A stretch of DNA of 64,000 bases from Chiloscyllium plagiosum (Eukaryota). Location of the stretch: positions 48,992,723 to 49,056,722 of the forward strand of contig NC_057719.1 of NCBI RefSeq assembly GCF_004010195.1. The letters run 5' to 3'. The notes under the pieces are model-generated. The model searched no databases. It saw only the letters and a program-made list of their open reading frames with translations, and had not been told where the DNA came from. Shown in pieces: positions 1-14,078 of this stretch (the stretch's first letter is position 1; every line of letters begins with the position of its first letter). The position numbers and the translations under genes were made by a program.

Positions 1-258
1 TCATACCTTCCAAATCTTTAGCATCACCACCTGAAAGTACTGCTCCAAGCTACATACCATCCTTCCTCTTTCACTGTCACTGTCACTGGATCAAAATCCT
101 GGATATGTTCCCCCACTTCATCCAGCATTGTGGCTGTCCCTGGACATCATTGACTTCAGCAGTTCAAGAAGGCAGCTCACCAACACCTTCTGAACAGCAA
201 CTAGGAAAATAAATGCTGGTTTTGTCAGCATTGCCCACAACCCAGGAAAATAAAAAAG
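1..258 (+). mobile_element. 3' end of a decayed non-LTR retrotransposon (LINE)
   Basis: CAGCAGTTCAAGAAGGCAGCTCACCAACACCTTCT...AATAAATGCTGG...GCCCACA followed by an A-rich tail. The same terminus recurs at 34120-34232 and about 56850-56955. Confidence 0.65.
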
Positions 259-429
259 TCCACAATATTCTGCAAAACTATAATAGATAATACAAAACCT
301 TAAAAACATCAATTCACAAATATGATTTAAGAGTTGTTAGAGGCACATTTTTAAGATTGCATAGGAAATGCAGCACTCAGACATCTGATATAAGTATATT
401 TGTTCTTTAAAGTGACAATTTATTCCCAG

Positions 430-1560
430 AAAGCACTTTCAATATAATAACAATGTCTCATAGTGCTTCTGAGGAGCATATCCCGCCAAATATGGAACCT
501 CACCAAATAAGGGAATACTTTAGATGAGATGACCAAGGGCTTGATCTGGAGATAAATATTGTAGTGTCTTAAAGGAACAAAGTGAGCTAGACAGGCTGCA
601 ACACATAGGGAGGGAACAACAAAACTCAGGCCTGTGGCAGCTGAATGCATGGCCATCAATGATGGAGTGATAGAAAAATGTAGATAGTTCAAAAGGTTGT
701 TTGGTTGGAGGTGATTACAGAGATAGGGAGTAGTAAGGCTCTGGAAGGAGTTGAAAATGATGATGGGAGTTTGAAAATTGGGACATGTATCAGTGACTGT
801 CAGAGGTATTGGATGAACAGGGGTTTCTACATGTTAGAACCCCATCATTTGGGTGATCTGAAGTTTCTGGAGTATGAACTATGAGAAGTCAGCCAGGAGT
901 GCATAGAATATTCAGATCTTGATGCAAAAAGAAATGGATGAAATTAGCTGAGGCAGGGACAGATCAAGCGTTGCTATGGGGGTGGAAATAGACTGGATAT
1001 ATGTTGGGAATTCATCCCAGGGGATAAATATTCTCCAAGTTTGCAAACAGCCAGATTCCACTTAGCAAACTTGTTCAGGAAGAGGGATGTTAACTAGAGA
1101 CTGGATCTTTGGATGAAGCCACATCGTTTGCCTTCTCATTTTTCAGTTGGGTTGCTGGCCAGCAGACTGACAATATGAAGATGGGCTAAGAAGTATAGTG
1201 GTAAAGTTTAGTGGTCATCAGTGCATGCAGAAAATGATGTTAACGGCAGCATGTAGATGAACAATAAAATAAGCCAAAGATAATCCTTCAGGGTTATCAG
1301 ATGTATTCCAGTAAGAGTGGAATGAGTGGCTGTTACAGGTAATGTTTTGGGTATGAGTGGATAGTTAAGAATGGAACCAAGCATGTGCAGTCCCAACCAA
1401 CTAGAAGAAGAAAGTGTGGTCAACTTTGTGCCAAAGGTTGCAAGTGGTGAAGAGGATAAGGAGGCATAGTTGATCTTTGTAATAGTCAGTTGTGTTGGTT
1501 TTATTTGTGAGTTTGTGATGGGCTGTATTGCTACTGTGACCTATGAAGGGGTTCCAGTAT
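430..1560 (-). mobile_element. Highly decayed L2-like LINE fragment
   Basis: Purine-rich plus strand typical of an antisense LINE. Its start resembles 49845-50330. No intact ORF. Confidence 0.45.
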
Positions 1561-1633
1561 TCATGTACCTTATACAGTGTACAAATCAACAGTATACATT
1601 TTGAAACAATGTACATCAAATACTTTTAAAATT

Positions 1634-1835
1634 AAAGCAGAAGTCTCTAGATGCATAAAATCCATAATAAAAACAGAAAATCCTGGAAAAACTCAGTACT
1701 TTAGAAATTAGAAACAGAGTAACTATCTTGATTTTAACAAAGAGTCATATTGAACTCCAAATGTTAGCTTTGTTTTCCTTTCCACAAATAATGCCCAAAC
1801 TCCTGAATTTTCTAAGCATTTTCTTGTTTTTATTT
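1634..1835. mobile_element. Palindromic mini-element built from two inverted Penelope-like terminal repeats (pLTRs)
   Basis: Left arm AAAACAGAAAATCCTGGAAAAACTCAG is roughly the reverse complement of right arm CTGAATTTTCTAAGCATTTTCTTGTTTT. Same family as 13030-13550 and 17948-18165. Confidence 0.6.
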
Positions 1836-4800
1836 AACAAAATTACCCAATTTTCCAAATGCAGCTTGAGATAGATTGTCAGAAAACGTGAAAAGAACAA
1901 TGATTTCAGCTATTGTAATCCATATACACTGCAGTATTATGATTCCAGTTCTTTCCATTTTGTTTTAGGGGGTATCTATTTTTCTGTGATGAAATTTATT
2001 TGTGTTGTATACTACAGAGCTTCATATATAACTTTTTGTGCCTGTTTTAATGTAACTCCCAGTCAGTCTGTTTATTTTTCACCTTGCCAATTGAATTTAA
2101 GGGAATCAGTTGATTTGTTTACTTCCCAAAATAGTTTCTGTCAGGTATCAAAATTGAGCTTAATACAGCAGAAGCAAATTTGTCATCATTTCAAGTATAT
2201 TCTGGTTTGGAGAGTAGTCAGATTGATTTTCACAATATCCACAAACATAAATTGCAATGGGAGCAAGACAAAAACCTTTACCAGATACAATGCAAATATG
2301 ACTTGGAAAATATATTTACGTCTAGTTAAATGTGCAGCGCATTTTCCTCAATAAAAGCTGAAATCATTGTTTTTATCTATAATGTTGACATGCAAAAGAT
2401 AATTTTATATAACATATAATTTTTGATATTGCTACATGCTGCTCTATTTCAATGTTGAACCATTTATCTTAAATCATACATAGCAATATAATTCAACCAG
2501 GAGAATGTAATCAACAATTATCAGAGGAAATGATGAGATGACAACTCTATCTGATAAAAGAACCACACACCCTCTACTTCATCTTATTTTGCACACTTCA
2601 CTTTCTACATTTCACAATTTCTACATTTTTTTTGATTTTCTTATTTTGGGAACATGTATTATCTCATTCACATCATAGTACATGTGATAAGAGACAACAC
2701 ACTCTTTTATCCCATCAAAGTAGAATTCTGAATCTTCTATTTTGACTTTGTTCAGATTTATAAATTTTTTGCTGCTAATCCTGCTCCAGTATCTACAGTA
2801 TAATTTCATTATTTGAACATATTTTATCATATAACAAATACTTATAGCTTAGTTTTAAAACCAATATTTAGTGCAGATGATATATTCAATAAAACATTTA
2901 ACTGTAAATGTTAAAATTATATTCCGAGTAAACATTACTAGTTAGGGAGAATTTGCCTTTATTTCAGCATTCTAAGCTTCACATATGAGGATTTTGTTTT
3001 TACTAAACAATGTTTTGTTTAAAATCACATTATCTCACTTACTGTCTCTGGTATCTGACTATCTATGTATCAAATGTTAGCATACTTACCAATCACAATA
3101 ATGAAGTCCGTGAGTCATAGATTTGTAACCTGCAATATCCTTTCAGGTTTCAGTTCTTAGCTGGATTACTGGCCTTCACATTTCAGTAAATGAGAGAGTG
3201 CTTTGTGCTTCAGTAAGAAAATTAAATCATTAAAAGCCCAAGCAATAGTTCTGGAGATATAATTAGATGAATGCATGACCTGTTTTTAATTTTATTTCAA
3301 AACATTATATGGAAGAACATCAAATAAACATTTCAAGCTTTGGTCCACTAAGAAGTTTCTTACTACTGACATGTCTAGTTTATGTTACTATGTTATGGCC
3401 AGCCAGGGTTTTACGTTATTGGTGGGATAGAGATCCTGCACAGGTGACCTAGTTAAATTTCCCCATTTTAATAAAATATACAAAAAGAAGAAAAGAGGAT
3501 GCAAAAGTCATAAAATCGTAATTAAAATATGTAATTGTACAAAAGGAGGGGATAAGAACATATTTTTTAACCATGTGGGGATTTTAAAAGGTCTTGGTTT
3601 GTAAAGTATAAATCATTTAGTTAAAAAACTATCATGGTCAAGCTTTATTCTTTATTAAGCAATGCTTACTTCTGCTGATAAAGACCAGTCACATTTTAAT
3701 TATCTAATGCTCTTTGCTATAGTTAATTCTCATTTTCATCAAATATGGTTCTATTCATATTCAATCAATCAATGTAGAAATACTTATTTGTTCAATGCCA
3801 CAAATTGTTAATGCAATGCTAATTTCCCAAGTCATTCAATATTCAAAGTAATCTATGTGTCAGTTATAAATATCATTCTGTGTATTGGCTGTATGTCATT
3901 CATTGCATTCACTTTGTTGATATGCAAGAATTCCATGGATTTGGACATATAACATCAACATAGGACTATGATCAACTTAAAAACATTCCATGACAATACA
4001 AAATGCTACAATTTCCAGTTGACTAAGGTAAGCATCTTCTAGAATGAAGAGTTTAGGAATGATCTATGGATGTTCAGCTAATTCATGGTTGTTAGATTTA
4101 GAATTGGAAGAATTAGAATTTAGAATTAGAAGATCCTTTATTGTCATGTGTAGTCAAGTCCAGAAGTGCAGGAGTGACAATGAAAATTTTACAATGTTGT
4201 CTCTCATGGTGCCATCTTAGGTACAAAGAACCTTGGTACAAACCTTTGACACAAAAAAAGGAATAAAAAGAAAGAAGCCGCATTACCTTGCGATGTTATC
4301 ACCACCCAATGAAATATGGTTCAATCACACATTGCTCTGGAACTGATAGTAAGTATGCGCCATTTCATTAAATTTTCTCACTGTTTCTGTATTATTCTAC
4401 AGAGCACTCCAATAATCATAAATTATTCCAGTGCATTCAATTCTATTCACAAATAGCTTCTCTAATTATTTTTTTGACAGATAACTCTGGCTTTTAATAC
4501 TCTCTGATTGATCATAATCTAACTCATCCTCACAGAAAAGCATTTACTAATTGCCGTATATTGACCTAATATATTCTTTATCACATATGTCCATTATCAC
4601 AGCTTGACCTATTTGCTTTTGGTCACATGTTGACCACTAATGCAAATGCCCACATTGGTCCTTTTAAACAAACAATGGCTTCAATTAGACTATCATTACA
4701 TATTATTATCAAATTAAACATAACTGCAGATTGTTCTTGTGATTTTGAGAACTGAGTAATTTTATATTATTTAGCTTTTCATTATCCATAAGTTGATCAT

Positions 4801-5239
4801 GCATGAATTAGTCTAATATTAATCAGTATAATATAATAAATTATTTATGTTCTTCATAGCTACAATATAATCTAATATTTCATAGCTTATACATACATAC
4901 TCAAGATGTAACTACAGTCATTCATTCTTCCTCTATGGAAATCAGAGATTGCTCCTAAACTAATCATATTCCTAAATTGTTGTGGATACCTGTTGCATCT
5001 TTTGTAGCACTGTTATTTTTTATACTCACAATAGCTCTTATGGGCAGAATTTTCTGGGCTGCACTATGACTCAGCTACCCAAAATTGTACATGGGTCAAG
5101 TGTGAGTCAGAATGTGGCAGAAAAGTCACCCAGATAATTTTATGGGCCCTCCTGCCTGCAAATCCTTCTCCATGTTGACCATAGACACATTTTTCTAATG
5201 TTTAAATTGTGTAAGTGAAAAACAGGTCTTATCCCATAT

Positions 5240-5900
5240 TATTGTCAGCAATTGATCATTATCTGTTCATGGTCACACATTGATCACACAATTTTCATAT
5301 TTATAGAATAATACAATTATGTCATAATAACAGATTGATCCTAGTGTCCATAGTAGGAATAAATGCAATTATATTCATAGTCACAGATTCATCCTATACC
5401 ATTTGTAATCATAATTGATCCAATATTGTTTACAGTCACACATTAATTTTCTCCTCTTCAAAGTCACACACTGAACCAAAACCTATCACAATCACAAATT
5501 GATTCCAAATAGCTCATCTTCAAAGATTGATCCTATATTATTCATTGTCATAAATTGATCCTACATTGCTCAAAACCATACATTAATCACTTATGGTCCA
5601 TAACCATGCATTGATCTTACACTGTTGATAATTACAGATTAATTCCTTATTGCTTATAATCAAAGATTGATCTCATACAGTTCATTATCACAGATTGATC
5701 TCTTGCTGATCATTGTCAAACATTGATCACTTACTGTTCATAATCATCCATTTGTTATAAACACAAGTAATCACAGATTGATCCCATAGCAACATATTGA
5801 TCCTAAAATGTTAATAGCCACATATTGATCTAACATTGTTCATCATCACACATTGATCCTAAACTGTATTAGTATTAGTTTGATCCTTTACTGTACATCG
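5240..5900. repeat. Degenerate minisatellite with a period of about 28 bp (core CACA[G/C]ATTGATC)
   Basis: The ATTGATC-like core occurs at 5251, 5279, 5334, 5414, 5498, 5526, 5554, 5582, 5610, 5638, 5666, 5694, 5722, 5796, 5824 and 5852. Confidence 0.85.
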
Positions 5901-8900
5901 TTATATTGTTTCTGTGCTGTTCAGTCACAATTCACCAAATTCTCACATATCTTTGGACTCTGAAGGCTGGTGAACTGTTTAAATTTCATTCTTAATATAT
6001 TCTTTCTTGGACCTTTCCGGCATTTTGAATCTAAGCTAACAAGATTCACCGTCAATTCTTGGAAGACAGTTTGAGAATTTAGCATCAAATAAAATTTTTC
6101 CTCATCTTACAAACATGGATGTAACAATAACCTTCACTTCTACCACTTATGCCAACAAGCATTGCACATCAACTGTAAAAACCTGACAGACAGTTTGGCA
6201 ATTGTTTCATCAGTAAAAGTCCCAGTTCAAAGTAAGGCAACATCATGCAACACTGCCAATTTGTCTACATTTTTTGCCAAGTGAAGAGCCATGTTTGTGT
6301 CAGTCACTGATCTGTCTTGTCTCGCTCTCCGCGGCTATGGCAGACTTTCTCAACCATCCCACCAAGTGTGACTCTGTCCATCAATGGTTCTATAGCCACT
6401 CCCCTATAATTAGACAAAGTCAACACAGCAGTCATTCAATGTAGGGCCAGAGTACCTGAGGCTGTCAACAATTCCAATTTGCAGACTTAAAAAGCATATC
6501 TTCTTCTTTCAATAAACAAGTTACCAAAAATACTATTTAATTTACTGTAACAACTCTGATCAAACTGATAACTTGAACTTGTGTTTTCAGTTACCCAAAA
6601 CTCCTGCTAAGAAGTAAGAGCTGACACTCAGACAGGCTGCACTCAGGAGCCAGTAACCATGCTTACTGAATCATTTGCTTAAGAATGTGCTGGCTCACAT
6701 ACAGAACTCACTGAAATGATGAAGAAAATGCATGAGCAGTACTAGTTTGGCTGGGATAGTGGGGAATCTCAGACAAGACTGCTGGTACTCTGCATGCAAT
6801 TTCTAAACATGTACACTTTATGGCAAATGATAGACACCCCCAATGGAACATAAAGGTCCTGGGGTGTAAATAAGGACTATAATAACGTGACCCCGTTCAG
6901 AGACCTCCTACTGCTCTGAAATGGCAATTATAAATCCAGCTGTTTTTCAGTTCTACGTTAATTAAAACCTTAAATAATACAAATACCTAAAATTCTAAAT
7001 TACCCAAATTGCACATTGCTTGCATGTGTATGCAAATGTGAATGAGTGAGGGAAGCACACAAGAGTGAATATTTGTGAGGAAGGAGTGAAGTTGGAGAAA
7101 AATTAATTAAAATAGTATAAGAATATAATCAGGCATGCCATGGAGTACATGTTATCAAGCAATTTAATACTTAGGAAATTTGTTGGCTCAATAATACCAG
7201 TAACATTTGCTTTACTTGCAATTTTTATTTAAACCCTAGAGTACCAAATTTCACAGTATGTATTTTCATGGTGACTACATATTTTCATATCTATTTAACT
7301 ATTTGCAGGTGTTGTAATTCAAAATGTTAAATTATAAAACACATGTTGGGAAATAGAGAACTATTTGGATTTTTATTTTCATACACATTTTCATTACACC
7401 ATTCAGAAGATTTGTACAAGTCGATATTCTAGGCCATATTTGCTAACTAGTTAACAATAAGGAGCTTTAATGGGCAGCTCATTTTCAGGCTAAAATATAG
7501 GCTTTTGAGAGTTACGCAAACTATATAATTAATCAGCATGCAAGTGATTTTTTTTGTTGAATGGTCACATCCCTGGTAATTGGATTCAGGCCAAGGCAGA
7601 AAAGAAAAGCTTTTTTTTCTAGTTATGTGAAAAATCCTCTAGGCTCTATTTAGTTGACCCCCTCCACCCCCTTTCAGGACTGTGGTCACATTATTAAGCC
7701 ACTCTGTACAGCTTGGAAGAGACCTAATGGAAACAATTCAAACGGACTTTCCAAAACATCTGGCTGAAGCTATGCAAGGAAATGTGGAAAATGAAGTGAC
7801 TACTACAAAGTCCAATAATGGGCACTTGGAATGCAATCAGGTGGATTGCTGACACTGCTTGATTCTCCTGTTCGAAACTAAGCAATGAAAGTCACAAACT
7901 GCCATACTCCATAAACTGTACGACATTCACTCCAAGCAGAGAGCTGTATGTGGCTTAACTAGTTTTAATCAGCTCCATAGCAACAGTAATACACATATAA
8001 AACAGCAAGACGTAAGTGGGCCTTAGTCCAGCAAACACAAGATGGTACTTAACAATGATCTCTTTTTGGCTTTTTCAAATGGGAAAATAAGCTAAATGCT
8101 GTTACATCAACTTAATTGGGTGGAGAGTGCCAGATAATTCATTAAATGGTCATATAGTGTTAATTAGTCCACACATAAAACATTTGAAACATCCATTATT
8201 GTAAAACATTTTAATCTGTATTTTTTTTATTCGTGAGATTTTAAGTGAAAATTTCATGTTTCAGTTTTATCTTAAAAAGCCAAACACAGAAGGTATGTGA
8301 CATTAACTAAACTACTTTAAATACATTCTTTTACACATTGTGTTTTTTGTATTCATATATACTTCCTGTAATACATAGATTTTGCATGAGAGACCTATTA
8401 TTTAGCTTTATCCTGAAAAAGAGCAGAATAGCTGTCTGGTTGATGCTATCAGGATTGCATTCATGTATAATCCATCCTGCACATGGTTTTTGCTTTATAC
8501 AGTGACATATTGTCAATCTTTCCACAAACTTATATGCATATGACATCTGTTCTTTCAACATCACCAAAGTCAATGTAGCAAAAATTAAAAATAACATAAA
8601 AAGTTGCCTATAACTAAATGTGACTATCCATAACTTTATAGCAGACATTGAACAAAATCACTGCCCAATATGTCTTGAAGTCTATATTGATCTTTGTCAA
8701 ATGGTTAAAATTTGCCAAACAGATAATATTTTAGGACTGTATGGTAACATGACAAGCATATTAACCATTCCTACGATTAAAATTTATAATTGTAATTAGC
8801 AAATAAAATCACAAATGATTGAAAAGGGATAAATCAAATTTCACTTAACATTATAGCACTCCAAAGTAAGATTTAGTGAACAATGCTAACAATGTGACAT

Positions 8901-9734
8901 GTAGGATAATATAACAATTGGCTGGAGTATTTCACAAGGCATATCTGAGGGGTCTGCATGATTGCAGAAATACTAAAGGGAATACAAGTCACATGTACAA
9001 AGCTTCATTTTTTAATATTCTCTCTCATTAGTAAAATTCCTCACTTAAATTGGGATCTTTATGGATAAGTACTTAATTTTGGAAAACTGACTCATTTTAG
9101 CATCATAGATGCATAGCAAGATGCAATACATATCAAAAATAACTTCATTTTATTGCACATATTTAATATGTTTTGCAGATGAATTTTGTTCTTGTGTATG
9201 TTGAAGTTCTGTTTATTTCTTCTTGCACTTCCCTGCAATTTTTCAACTGCATAGTCAATTTACAGGCAGGCTACAGAATGCCAATTCCATGTATTTGCAA
9301 TAAAATCAGATACTGGAATATTTCTTACTGCAGCCACTTTAGGCTCTCAAGGGGGCTTACAAGCATTTTTGCAGGACCAGCTGATTTTCACAGCTACTGC
9401 TTAACCTAATGCCAGTCAGTGCTGGTATTCCACTCCATTCAGACCATTATTGGAGAACACTTCCTCATGAGGTTCATTAGTCTGTCTAAGTTTAGAATGC
9501 AGGATCTGTATAAAGCATCTCAATCTCTCCTATACGCTTTCCTGCGAACATTCTCTGATAGCTAGAATAAGTTGAAAGGACTTGTTGGATTCTGAATGTC
9601 ACGAATCACTGTGGCAATAGAAGTTTTCATTAAGGGTGGCCCCACTTTGTGTCTATTTGTAATTAGCTTCAGTCAACAGTACAGATATACTAGTGTTGTT
9701 ATATTTACAAAGTAGACTGAAATATAGATAAGCA

Positions 9735-11410
9735 ATCCTAGAGGTTTTACAGCTCAGAAAGAGGTCCTTCAATCCATCATGTCCATGCTGGTCATCAAAT
9801 ATCCATCTATTCTAATCCCGTTTTTCAGCACTTGTACAGCCTTTTATGCTATGGTACTTCAAGTGCTCATACAAGTACTTCTTAAATGTCAGGGGTTCCT
9901 GCCTTCACCACCCATTCAGGTAGTGAGTTCCAGATACCTGTAATCCTCTGTGTGAAAATGTTTTTCTTCAAACCCCTGCTAAACCTTCCTCTCCTTATCT
10001 TAAAACTGTGGTTATTATACTAAGGGGAAATATTTCTCTTTATCTGCTCTGTCTATGCCTCTTAGAACTTTGTACACATCATTCAGATTCCCCTCAGCCT
10101 TCTCTAAGAAAAATACTCCCATCCTATCTTTTCTCTCTTCATAGCTGAATCACTCCAGTCCAGATAACATCCTGATGAATCTCTGCTACACTGTCTCTAA
10201 TGTAATCACACCCTTTCTCTAGTATGGGGATGACCAGAACTGCACACAGTACTCTAATTTTGGTCTAACTAACATTATATACAGGTCCATCATAAACTTC
10301 TTGCTTTTGCATTCAATGTCTTGACAAATGAAGTCAAATATCTCAACCGCTTATCTAGCTGTCCTGCTGCTCTCAAGAGTCTATGGATATGCGCAATGTG
10401 TTCCATTTGAACCTTTGTGCGTCCGGGGATCCTATCATTCACCATGTACTCCCTTTCTTTCTTAGTCCTCCCAAAATTCATCACCTCACATTTTTCAGGA
10501 TTAAATTCCATTTGCCACTGTTCAGCCTTTCTGATCAGCCCATCCACATCATCCTGTCATCTAATGCTTTCCTCTTTGTTATTCACCATACCAGCAATTT
10601 GTATGTCGTTTGTGAACCTATTAATCATACCTCTTACATTCTTGGCTAGAGCACAACACATAGCAAAGGATCCAGCATTGAACTTTGTGGTATGCTACTG
10701 GACACAGGCTTCCATCACCCTTTGACCATCACCCTCTGCTTCCTGCCACTAGGCCAATTTTGGATCCAATTGAACAAATTGTACTGGACCCCAAAGGCTC
10801 ACAGCATCTTAACTCATTGACCATACAAAACCTTATCAAATTCTTACTGAAATCCTGCAGAAGATTACATCAACTGCAGTACCCTCATCTACAGACCTAG
10901 TCACCTACTTGAAAAGGTCAGTCAAATTTGTTAGACATGACGTCCCCTTACAAAGCCATGCTGATTATCCTTGACTAACTCAAATGGAGATTAATTTTTC
11001 CCCCCCAAAGATTTTAGATTCACTGTCTTGTAGTTTCTTGCTTTATTCCTACTACCTTTCTTGAACTGTCACCCCTGTGGCAAGAGAGAATTTGAATGTT
11101 AATGTCAGAGCCTCTCCCTTCCCTCCCACACTAGCCATGGATACATCTCATGTGAGTCTGGGGACTTATCCACTTTCAAACTTACTAAAGCTATTAATAC
11201 CTCCTCCATATCTATGTTAATTTGTTCAAGAATATCACAGTTTCCCTCCCTGATTTCTATACATTGTCATTCTCTATTCTGTATTCAGATGCAAAGTACT
11301 CACTTAGCACCTCACCTATGTCTTCCGACTCCACACACTGATTGACTTTGGTCCCTACCACCCCTACTCTTTCCCCGGATATTCTCTTGCCCCTAATATA
11401 CATTGAAAAA
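9735..11410 (-). mobile_element. Decayed CR1 LINE, ORF2 (RT) 3' half
   Basis: Minus ORF 10290-10547 WQMEFNPEKCEVMNFGR is a CR1 RT C-terminal motif. A CR1-type 3' tail lies near 9740-9830. Confidence 0.85.
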
Positions 11411-13029
11411 TATGTCCTTCATTACATCATAGATTGGAAAATATATAATATTCTGGAGGCGTGTCAGGTAGCCAGGATACCTAGACCAACCTGTCCTTCA
11501 CCATGGTGCCAGCCTCATTCTCAATGAAGGCCTACTAAGGACTTAGCCATGCCCACACCAATCTCTTGAAAGTCATTCAGTGTATTAAATCCAGTTCTGA
11601 CTCCTATGCTGTGTAATAAAATCATATATACTATGCAGAAGTCAGAAAGCAGCAAAGCTGTGCCAACATCTCAGCAGTCCAGTTAGCAGGCTCCCTTGAC
11701 TACCTAGGGTATCTATATTTATTGAACAATCTCAAGTAAAAATATTTAGTTGGAGAAGAGCTAATTTCAGAAACATTAGAAAAGAGCAATCAGTGGCCTT
11801 TGAAAGAAATTATTCAAGTATAGACTAGTCAAGCTTCACAAGGAAAAGGAAGGGCAACGAAAGCCCAAAAATCCCTGAATGAGAGAGTTAACAGTAGGTA
11901 GAAGCAAAAAAAAAGACATATAACAGACGTCAGCTTGATGATTCAAAAGTGAACCTGACTGAATATAGAAAGTAGACTGGAGACATGAAAAAGGAAGCAA
12001 GAGAGGGCAAAGAGACAGCATGAAAATAGATTGATAGCTAAGATAAAAGGTTATCAAAGGTCTTCTACAGGCATATTAACATAAAAAACTTTGTCAGAAG
12101 CTGAGGGAAATAGCGATTAAAATTTATTGGTAAAATTTATTAAGATGTATTGGATGAGGCACTAAATAAATATTTTGCATTCGTGTTTAGCAAGAGAGGT
12201 CTTTACTAAAGCACCCATAAATAAGCAGATTACTTGGATACTGGGTAAGATAAAAGCAAACAAATCGGACATAATAGGTATATTGGGAGAAATTAAATTG
12301 GATATGTCAACTGGTTTGGATGGGATGCCTTCTTAGTTGCAAAGGAAAGCAAGGTTACGACTTACAGACATAGTCATCACAATCTTCCAATCACGCCTGG
12401 TTATAGGGATAATGTCAAAGTACTGGAGGAGTACACATTTACAACTTTGATCTAATAAAGGGAGTGGGAGAATCCTGACACTTAGAGACCAGTTAGTTTA
12501 ACATTAGTAGTGGGTAAGAGTTTAGTGAAAATAATCTTGAAGAAAGCGACAATCACTTGGATAAGCTTGAATTAATAAAGAAGAGCCATTCAGAATTAAT
12601 TAGGGACAAATTGGAATTGACTAGCTTGGATTGAACTTTTTAAAGAGAAGACAAAGAATTGGATTGAGGGCAGTTGATGTATATTTGGGCCATCAAAAAC
12701 ATTTGATGAAGGAGTATAGTCTGGGCATTTTAAAAAAAATTAGAGCTTATGGGATAAAAGGGGTAGTAACTACATGGATACAAACCTGTAACAGTGACAG
12801 AAAACAGAGATTTTCAGTGATTTACTTTTTTTTGGTCTGTAATAAGGTATACAATGGAGTTCCCCAAAGTTCAGTTCTAGGATCGCTGCTATTTTTGATT
12901 CACATTAATGGAGGAATTTTGAAGTTTGCAGATGACATGAAACTCAGAAGTGAACACTGAAGATGATATGTTGGTGCAATGGACAGAGACACAGGAGAAG
13001 AAATTTAACACAAAAAAGTATGAGGAACT

Positions 13030-13550
13030 AAAAGGAACAGAAAATGCTGGAGAAACACAACAGGTTTGGCAGCATCTGAGGCAAAAATAATAGAGTTAAT
13101 GTTTTGAATCTAATATGACTCTTCTTCAGAATTCTTTGAGTCAAGAAATAGTGGGCGGCATGGTGGCTCAGTGGTTAGCACCGCTGCCTCACAGCACCAG
13201 GGACCTGGGTTCAATTCCTGCCTTGGGCAATTGTCTGTGTGGAGTTTGCACATTGTCTGCGTGGGTTTCCTCTGGGTGCTCTGGTTTCCACCCACGGTCC
13301 AAAGATGTGCAGATTAGGTGAATTGGCCATGCTAAATTGCCCGTAGTGTTAGGTGGATTAGTCAGAGGTACATATAGGGGGGTAGGTTTCTCTTTGGAGG
13401 GTCAGTGTGGACTTGTTGGCCGAAGGGCCAGTTTCCACACTGTAGGTAATCTAGTCATATCAGACTTGAAATATTAAGTGGAGTTTCTCTCTCCACAGAT
13501 GCTGCCGGACCTGCTGAGTTTCTCTTGTACTTTCTGTTTTCTCTGCAGAT
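13030..13550. mobile_element. Palindromic pLTR mini-element split by an HE1-type SINE
   Basis: Left arm ACAGAAAATGCTGGAGAAAC..CAGGTTTGGCAGCATCTG; right arm CAGATGCTGCCGGACCTGCTGAGTTTCTC..TTTCTGTTTT. Confidence 0.7.
13153..13453 (+). mobile_element. HE1-type tRNA-derived V-SINE
   Basis: A box TGGCTCAGTGG, B box GGTTCAATTCC, V-domain GGGTTTCCTCTGGGTGCTCTGGTTTCC and a CR1-like tail. Confidence 0.9.
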
Positions 13551-13859
13551 CTTGAGCAATCTATGTTAGAGATACAACTTTAAAGATGGCACAGGAAGAG
13601 ATAACCCAGAGTTGTTTGCTATAACTCTTTAAAGGTAGCAGAACAGATCAATTAATCATTCATAAATAGAGACTAGAGAAGAAAAGGCAAGTGGTTTTAA
13701 TAAACCAACAATAAGCACTATCATGTCCAATTCTGGGCACCATCCTTGAGGAAGGGCATCATGAGTTAGAGAGATCATGGAAGCAATTTACATGGAAAGT
13801 TTCATGGATGAAAGATTACAGTTACAAGACTCAAGAGAAGCTGGGCTGATACTCTTAGA

Positions 13860-14078
13860 GAGGGTGAGTTACTTCAGTTGGTTGGACAGCTATCGTCCTA
13901 ATACAGTGTGATACCAACAGTGAGGCCAATTCCCACACTGGCTGAGGTCACTGTGAAGGTCCCACCTTCTTAACCTCACCCCTCACCTGAGGCACCTTAG
14001 GTTAAACTCACCACTCGTCATCTCTCTCTAATGAGAGTGCAGCATTATGGTCCTCTGAGACTTTGGCAACTTTACCTT
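13860..14078 (+). mobile_element. tRNA-derived SINE, second family
   Basis: tRNA-like head, then body GGCTGAGG..TGAAGG..CCACCTTCT.AACC..TTAAACTCACCAC..TCATCTCTCT.TAATGAGAG. A second copy lies at 49622-49838. Confidence 0.65.

Noticed and set aside
1986..2354. 122-aa ORF and other short AT-rich ORFs
   Set aside because: They have no recognisable domain, low-complexity composition and no splice support, and their lengths are as expected by chance.
5240..5900. CRISPR-like array
   Set aside because: The context is a vertebrate genome, the repeats are degenerate, the intervening sequences are homologous to one another, and no cas genes are present. It is a minisatellite.
13153..13225. tRNA genes at SINE heads (also at 20176, 33293, 31770-31840 and 49625)
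   Set aside because: The A and B boxes run directly into SINE bodies, and no complete cloverleaf is evident.
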